Of a stretch of DNA of 64,000 nucleotides, positions 58,081-64,000 are shown in pieces. Position 1 is the first letter of the stretch. Every line of letters starts with the position of its first letter. Source of the DNA: Auanema rhodensis (Eukaryota; Animalia; Nematoda); assembly GCA_964057225.1 (NCBI GenBank), contig OZ059897.1, forward strand, positions 22,010,001 to 22,074,000, given 5' to 3'. Made by a program: the position numbers and the translations under genes. The notes under the pieces are model-generated. The model was not told the origin of the DNA. It worked only from the letters and a program-made list of their open reading frames with translations, and ran no database searches.

Positions 58081-61000
58081 GTGAAAGATAAAGAGATGCG
58101 GTATTTAAAATTAGATTCCCCATGTCCATATTAGTCTAAAAACAAATTTTTATTGATATTGGTTCATGGTAACCATGACTTTGAAATTTACGTGAACTTT
58201 AATTTATGCTAATTAAATGTACACGTGATGTGCACTTGGTATGTAACTCGCTTCACGTGAAAGATAAAGAGATGCGGTTTTCAAAATTAGATTCCCCATG
58301 TCCATATTAGTCTAAAAACAAATTTTTATTGATATTGGTGCATGGTAACCATGACTTTGAAATTTACGTGAACTTTAATTTATGCTTATTAAATGTACAC
58401 GTGATGTGCACTTGGTATGTAACTCGCTTCACGTGAAAGATAAAGAGATGCGGTTTTCAAAATTAGATTCCCCATGTCCATATTAGTCTAAAAACAAATT
58501 TTTATTGATATTGGTGCATGGTAACCATGACTTTGAAATTTACGTGAACTTTAATTTATGCTAATTAAATGTACACGTGATGTGCACTTGGTATGTAACT
58601 CGCTTCACGTGAAAGATAAAGAGATGCGGTTTTCAAAATTAGATTGCCCATGTCCATATTAGTCTAAAAACAAATTTTTATTGATATTGGTTCATGGTAA
58701 CCATGACTTTGAAATTTACGTGAACTTTAATTTATGCTAATTAAATGTACACGTGATGTGCACATGGTATGTAACTCGCTTCACGTGAAAGATAAAGAGA
58801 TGCGGTTTTCGAAATTAGATTCCCCATGTCCATATTAGTCTAAAAACAAATTTTTATTGATATTGCTTCATGGTAACCATGACTTTGAAATTTACGTGAA
58901 CTTTAATTTATGCTAATTAAATGTACACGTGATGTGCACATGGTATGTAACTCGCTTCACGTGAAAGATAAAGAGATGCGGTTTTCAAAATTAGATTCCC
59001 CATGTCCATATTAGTCTAAAAACAAATTTTTATTGATATTGCTTCATGGTAACCATGACTTTGAAATTTACGTGAACTTTAATTTATGCTAATTAAATGT
59101 ACACGTGATGTGCACTTGGTATGTAACTCGCTTCACGTGAAAGATAAAGAGATGCGGTTTTCAAAATTAGATTCCCCATGTCCATATTAGTCTAAAAACA
59201 AATTTTTATTGATATTGGTTCATGGTAACCATGACTTTGAAATTTACGTGAACTTTAATTTATGCTAATTAAATGTACACGTGATGTGCACTTGGTATGT
59301 AACTCGCTTCACGTGAAAGATAAAGAGATGCGGTTTTCAAAATTAGATTCCCCATGTCCATATTAGTCTAAAAACAAATTTTTATTGATATTGGTGCATG
59401 GTAACCATGACTTTGAAATTTACGTGAACTTTAATTTATGCTAATTAAATGTACACGTGATGTGCACTTGGTATGTAACTCGCTTCACGTGAAAGATAAA
59501 GAGATGCGGTTTTCAAAATTAGATTCCCCATGTCCATATTAGTCTAAAAACAAATTTTTATTGATATTGGTGCATGGTAACCATGACTTTGAAATTTACG
59601 TGAACTTTAATTTATGCTAATTAAATGTACACGTGATGTGCACTTGGTATGTAACTCGCTTCACGTGAAAGATAAAGAGATGCGGTTTTCAAAAATAGAT
59701 TCCCCATGTCCATATTAGTCTAAAAACAAATTTTTATTGATATTGGTTCATGGTAACCATGACTTTGAAATTTACGTGAACTTTAATTTATGCTAATTAA
59801 ATGTACACGTGATGTGCACATGGTATGTAACTCGCTTCACGTGAAAGATAAAGAGATGCGGTTTTCGAAATTAGATTCCCCATGTCCATATTAGTCTAAA
59901 AACAAATTTTTATTGATATTGCTTCATGGTAACCATGACTTTGAAATTTACGTGAACTTTAATTTATGCTAATTAAATGTACACGTGATGTGCACATGGT
60001 ATGTAACTCGCTTCACGTGAAAGATAAAGAGATGCGGTTTTCAAAATTAGATTCCCCATGTCCATATTAGTCTAAAAACAAATTTTTATTGATATTGGTT
60101 CATGGTAACCATGACTTTGAAATTTACGTGAACTTTAATTTATGCTAATTAAATGTACACGTGATGTGCACTTGGTATGTAACTCGCTTCACGTGAAAGA
60201 TAAAGAGATGCGGTTTTCAAAATTAGATTCCCCATGTCCATATTAGTCTAAAAACAAATTTTTATTGATATTGCTTCATGGTAACCATGACTTTGAAATT
60301 TACGTGAACTTTAATTTATGCTAATTAAATGTACACGTGATGTGCACTTGGTATGTAACTCGCTTCACGTGAAAGATAAAGAGATGCGGTTTTCAAAATT
60401 AGATTCCCCATGTCCATATTAGTCTAAAAACAAATTTTTATTGATATTGGTTCATGGTAACCATGACTTTGAAATTTACGTGAACTTTAATTTATGCTAA
60501 TTAAATGTACACGTGATGTGCACTTGGTATGTAACTCGCTTCACGTGAAAGATAAAGAGATGCGGTTTTCAAAATTAGATTCCCCATGTCCATATTAGTC
60601 TAAAAACAAATTTTTATTGATATTGGTTCATGGTAACCATGACTTTGAAATTTACGTGAACTTTAATTTATGCTAATTAAATGTACACGTGATGTGCACT
60701 TGGTATGTAACTCGCTTCACGTGAAAGATAAAGAGATGCGGTTTTCAAAATTAGATTCCCCATGTCCATATTAGTCTAAAAACAAATTTTTATTGATATT
60801 GGTTCATGGTAACCATGACTTTGAAATTTACGTGAACTTTAATTTATGCTAATTAAATGTACACGTGATGTGCACTTGGTATGTAACTCGCTTCACGTGA
60901 AAGATAAAGAGATGCGGTTTTCAAAATTAGATTCCCCATGTCCATATTAGTCTAAAAACAAATTTTTATTGATATTGGTTCATGGTAACCATGACTTTGA

Positions 61001-64000
61001 AATTTACGTGAACTTTAATTTATGCTAATTAAATGTACACGTGATGTGCACTTGGTATGTAACTCGCTTCACGTGAAAGATAAAGAGATGCGGTTTTCAA
61101 AATTAGATTCCCCATGTCCATATTAGTCTAAAAACAAATTTTTATTGATATTGGTTCATGGTAACCATGACTTTGAAATTTACGTGAACTTTAATTTATG
61201 CTAATTAAATGTACACGTGATGTGCACTTGGTATGTAACTCGCTTCACGTGAAAGATGAAGAGATGCGGTTTTCAAAATTAGATTCCCCATGTCCATATT
61301 AGTCTAAAAACAAATTTTTATTGATATTGGTTCATGGTAACCATGACTTTGAAATTTACGTGAACTTTAATTTATGCTAATTAAATGTACACGTGATGTG
61401 CACTTGGTATGTAACTCGCTTCACGTGAAAGATAAAGAGATTCGGTTTTCAAAATTAGATCCCCCATGTCCATATTAGTCTAAAAACAAATTTTTATTGA
61501 TATTGGTTCATGGTAACCATGACTTTGAATTTTACGTGAACTTTAATTTATGCTAATTAAATGTACACGTGATGTGCACTTGGTATGTAACTCGCTTCAC
61601 GTGAAAGATAAAGAGATGCGGTTTTCAAAATTAGATTCCCCATGTCCACATTAGTCTAAAAACAAATTTTTATTGATATTGGTGCATGGTAACCATGACT
61701 TTGAAATTTACGTGAACTTTAATTTATGCTAATTAAATGTACACGTGATGTGCACTTGGTATGTAACTCGCTTCACGTGAAAGATAAAGAGATGCGGTTT
61801 TCAAAATTAGATTCCCCATGTCCATATTAGTCTAAAAACAAATTTTTATTGATATTGCTTCATGGTAACCATGACTTTGAAATTTACGTGAACTTTAATT
61901 TATGCTAATTAAATGTACACGTGATGTGCACTTGGTATGTAACTCGCTTCACGTGAAAGATAAAGAGATGCGGTTTTCAAAATTAGATTCCCCATGTCCA
62001 TATTAGTCTAAAAACAAATTTTTATTGATATTGGTGCATGGTAACCATGACTTTGAAATTTACGTGAACTTTAATTTATGCTAATTAAATGTACACGTGA
62101 TGTGCACTTGGTATGTAACTCGCTTCACGTGAAAGATAAAGAGATGCGGTTTTCAAAATTAGATTCCCCTTGACCATATTAGTCTAAAAACAAATTTTTA
62201 TTGATATTGGTTCATGGTAACCATGACTTTGAATTTTACGTGAACTTTAATTTATGCTAATTAAATGTACACGTGATGTGCACTTGGTATGTAACTCGCT
62301 TCACGTGAAAGATAAAGAGATGCGGTTTTCAAAATTAGATTCCCCATGTCCATATTAGTCTAAAAACAAATTTTTATTGATATTGGTTCATGGTAACCAT
62401 GACTTTGAAATTTACGTGAACTTTAATTTATGCTAATTAAATGTACATGTGATGTGCACTTGGTATGCAACTCGCTTCACGTGAAAGATAAAGAGATGCG
62501 GTTTTCAAAATTAGATTCCCCATGTCCATATTAGTCTAAAAACAAATTTTTATTGATATTGCTTCATGGTAACCATGACTTTGAAATATACGTGAACTTT
62601 AATTTATGCTAATTAAATGTACACGTGATGTGCACTTGGTATGTAACTCGCTTCACGTGAAAGATAAAGAGATGCGGTTTTCAAAATTAGATTCCCCATG
62701 TCCATATTAGTTTAAAAACAAATTTTTATTGATATTGGTTCATGGTAACCATGACTTTGAAATTTACGTGAACTTTAATTTATGCTAATTAAATGTACAC
62801 GTGATGTGCACTTGGTATGTAACTCGCTTCACGTGAAAGATAAAGAGATGCGGTTTTCAAAATTAGATTCCCCATGTCCATATTAGTCTAAAAACAAATT
62901 TTTATTAATATTGGTTCATGGTAACCATGACTTTGAAATTTACGTGAACTTTAATTTATGCTAATTAAATGTACACGTGATGTGCACTTGGTATGTAACT
63001 CGCTTCACGTGAAAGATAAAGAGATGCGGTTTTCAAAATTAGATTCCCCATGTCCATATTAGTCTAAAAACAAATTTTTATTGATATTGCTTCATGGTAA
63101 CCATGACTTTGAAATTTACGTGAACTTTAATTTATGCTAATTAAATGTACACGTGATGTGCACTTGGTATGTAACTCGCTTCACGTGAAAGATAAAGAGA
63201 TGCGGTTTTCAAAATTAGATTCCCCATGTCCATATTAGTCTAAAAACAAATTTTTATTGATATTGGTGCATGGTAACCATGACTTTGAAATTTACGTGAA
63301 CTTTAATTTATGCTAATTAAATGTACACGTGATGTGCACTTGGTATGTAACTCGCTTCACGTGAAAGATAAAGAGATGCGGTTTTCAAAATTAGATTCCC
63401 CATGTCCATATTAGTCTAAAAACAAATTTTTATTGATATTGCTTCATGGTAACCATGACTTTGAAATTTACGTGAACTTTAATTTATGCTAATTAAATGT
63501 ACACGTGATGTGCACATGGTATGTAACTCGCTTCACGTGAAAGATAAAGAGATGCGGTTTTCAAAATTAGATTCCCCATGTCCATATTAGTCTAAAAACA
63601 AATTTTTATTGATATTGCTTCATGGTAACCATGACTTTGAAATTTACGTGAACTTTAATTTATGCTAATTAAATGTACACGTGATGTGCACTTGGTATGT
63701 AACTCGCTTCACGTGAAAGATAAAGAGATGCGGTTTTCAAAATTAGATTCCCCATGTCCATATTAGTCTAAAAACAAATTTTTATTGATATTGGTGCATG
63801 GTAACCATGACTTTGAAATTTACGTGAACTTTAATTTATGCTAATTAAATGTACACGTGATGTGCACTTGGTATGTAACTCGCTTCACGTGAAAGATAAA
63901 GAGATGCGGTTTTCAAAATTAGATTCCCCATGTCCATATTAGTCTAAAAACAAATTTTTATTGATATTGGTGCATGGTAACCATGACTTTGAAATTTACG

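Larger units (their letters stand above)
45409..58608 (+). repeat. Duplicated 28-monomer unit (45409-52800 and 52801-58608), each copy subsequently expanded internally
   Basis: 45409-49456 matches 52801-56848 marker for marker, and both copies end G,G,T(T23A+C26T),G(A131T),G. Copy 1 carries the extra 14-mer (42 monomers); copy 2 carries an extra 5-mer (33 monomers). Confidence 0.85.
1..64000 (+). repeat. 176-bp tandem satellite DNA array (about 363.6 head-to-tail copies), putative centromeric/pericentromeric satellite; extends beyond both window edges
   Basis: GTGAAAGATAAAGAGATGCG recurs at 1, 177, 353 and so on, and falls at line starts every 2640 bp (15x176) from 1 to 63361 (1+360x176). 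Monomer GC is 56-57/176. Copies are about 98-100% identical with no inversion or foreign insertion seen. The satellite call is certain; the centromeric role is inferred only from the nucleosome-scale length and homogeneity. Confidence 0.99.

Noticed and set aside
1-64000. CRISPR array or other repeat-spacer system
   Set aside because: No unique spacers: the entire 176-bp unit is repeated, and there are no cas genes or leader.
1-64000. Tandem 5S rRNA, tRNA, snRNA or spliced-leader gene array; telomeric repeat
   Set aside because: No recognisable 5S, tRNA or snRNA sequence, no Pol III A/B boxes, and no short telomeric motif arrays.
1-64000. Rolling-circle/concatemer artefact or collapsed assembly
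   Set aside because: Variants are shared in ordered, nested blocks rather than being random errors or identical copies, which fits genuine array evolution. Individual duplications still need read validation.
1-64000. A single fixed-period HOR, or a coded message in the G/T/C monomer order
   Set aside because: Periods vary locally (1 to 28 monomers) and the order is explained by overlapping duplications; no global period is visible.

Overview
The whole 64,000-bp window is one uninterrupted head-to-tail tandem array of a 176-bp, AT-rich (about 32% GC) satellite monomer, about 363.6 copies, all in the same orientation. Monomer n (0-based) starts at 1+176n, and this register holds from position 1 to at least 63361, so there is no net indel in 360 monomers. 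Consensus: GTGAAAGATAAAGAGATGCGGTTTTCAAAATTAGATTCCCCATGTCCATATTAGTCTAAAAACAAATTTTTATTGATATTGSTKCATGGTAACCATGACTTTGAAATTTACGTGAACTTTAATTTATGCTAATTAAATGTACACGTGATGTGCACTTGGTATGTAACTCGCTTCAC. Copies mostly differ from consensus by 0-3 substitutions. Monomer length, AT richness and homogeneity fit a eukaryotic centromeric or pericentromeric satellite (inference; I cannot identify the family or species). I find no genes, RNA genes, transposon insertions or CRISPR; the two ORFs are stop-codon-loss artefacts. The informative signal is at two levels. (1) The monomer is built largely from dyad symmetry: an 84-bp degenerate fold-back (monomer positions 23-106), a 41-bp hairpin (108-148), a competing 13-15-bp palindrome (84-98), and a perfect TTCACGTGAA palindrome across each junction, with three ACGTGA/E-box-type motifs spaced 33 and 32 bp apart. 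(2) Diagnostic SNPs reveal a nested history of block duplications (1-, 4-, 5-, 11-, 14-, 22-, about 26- and 28-mers), i.e. incipient, local higher-order repeats. Variant notation below is base, monomer position, base (e.g. T127C). 'G', 'T' and 'C' monomer types mean GGTGC, GGTTC and GCTTC at positions 81-85. All variant calls were read by eye and should be confirmed by alignment.
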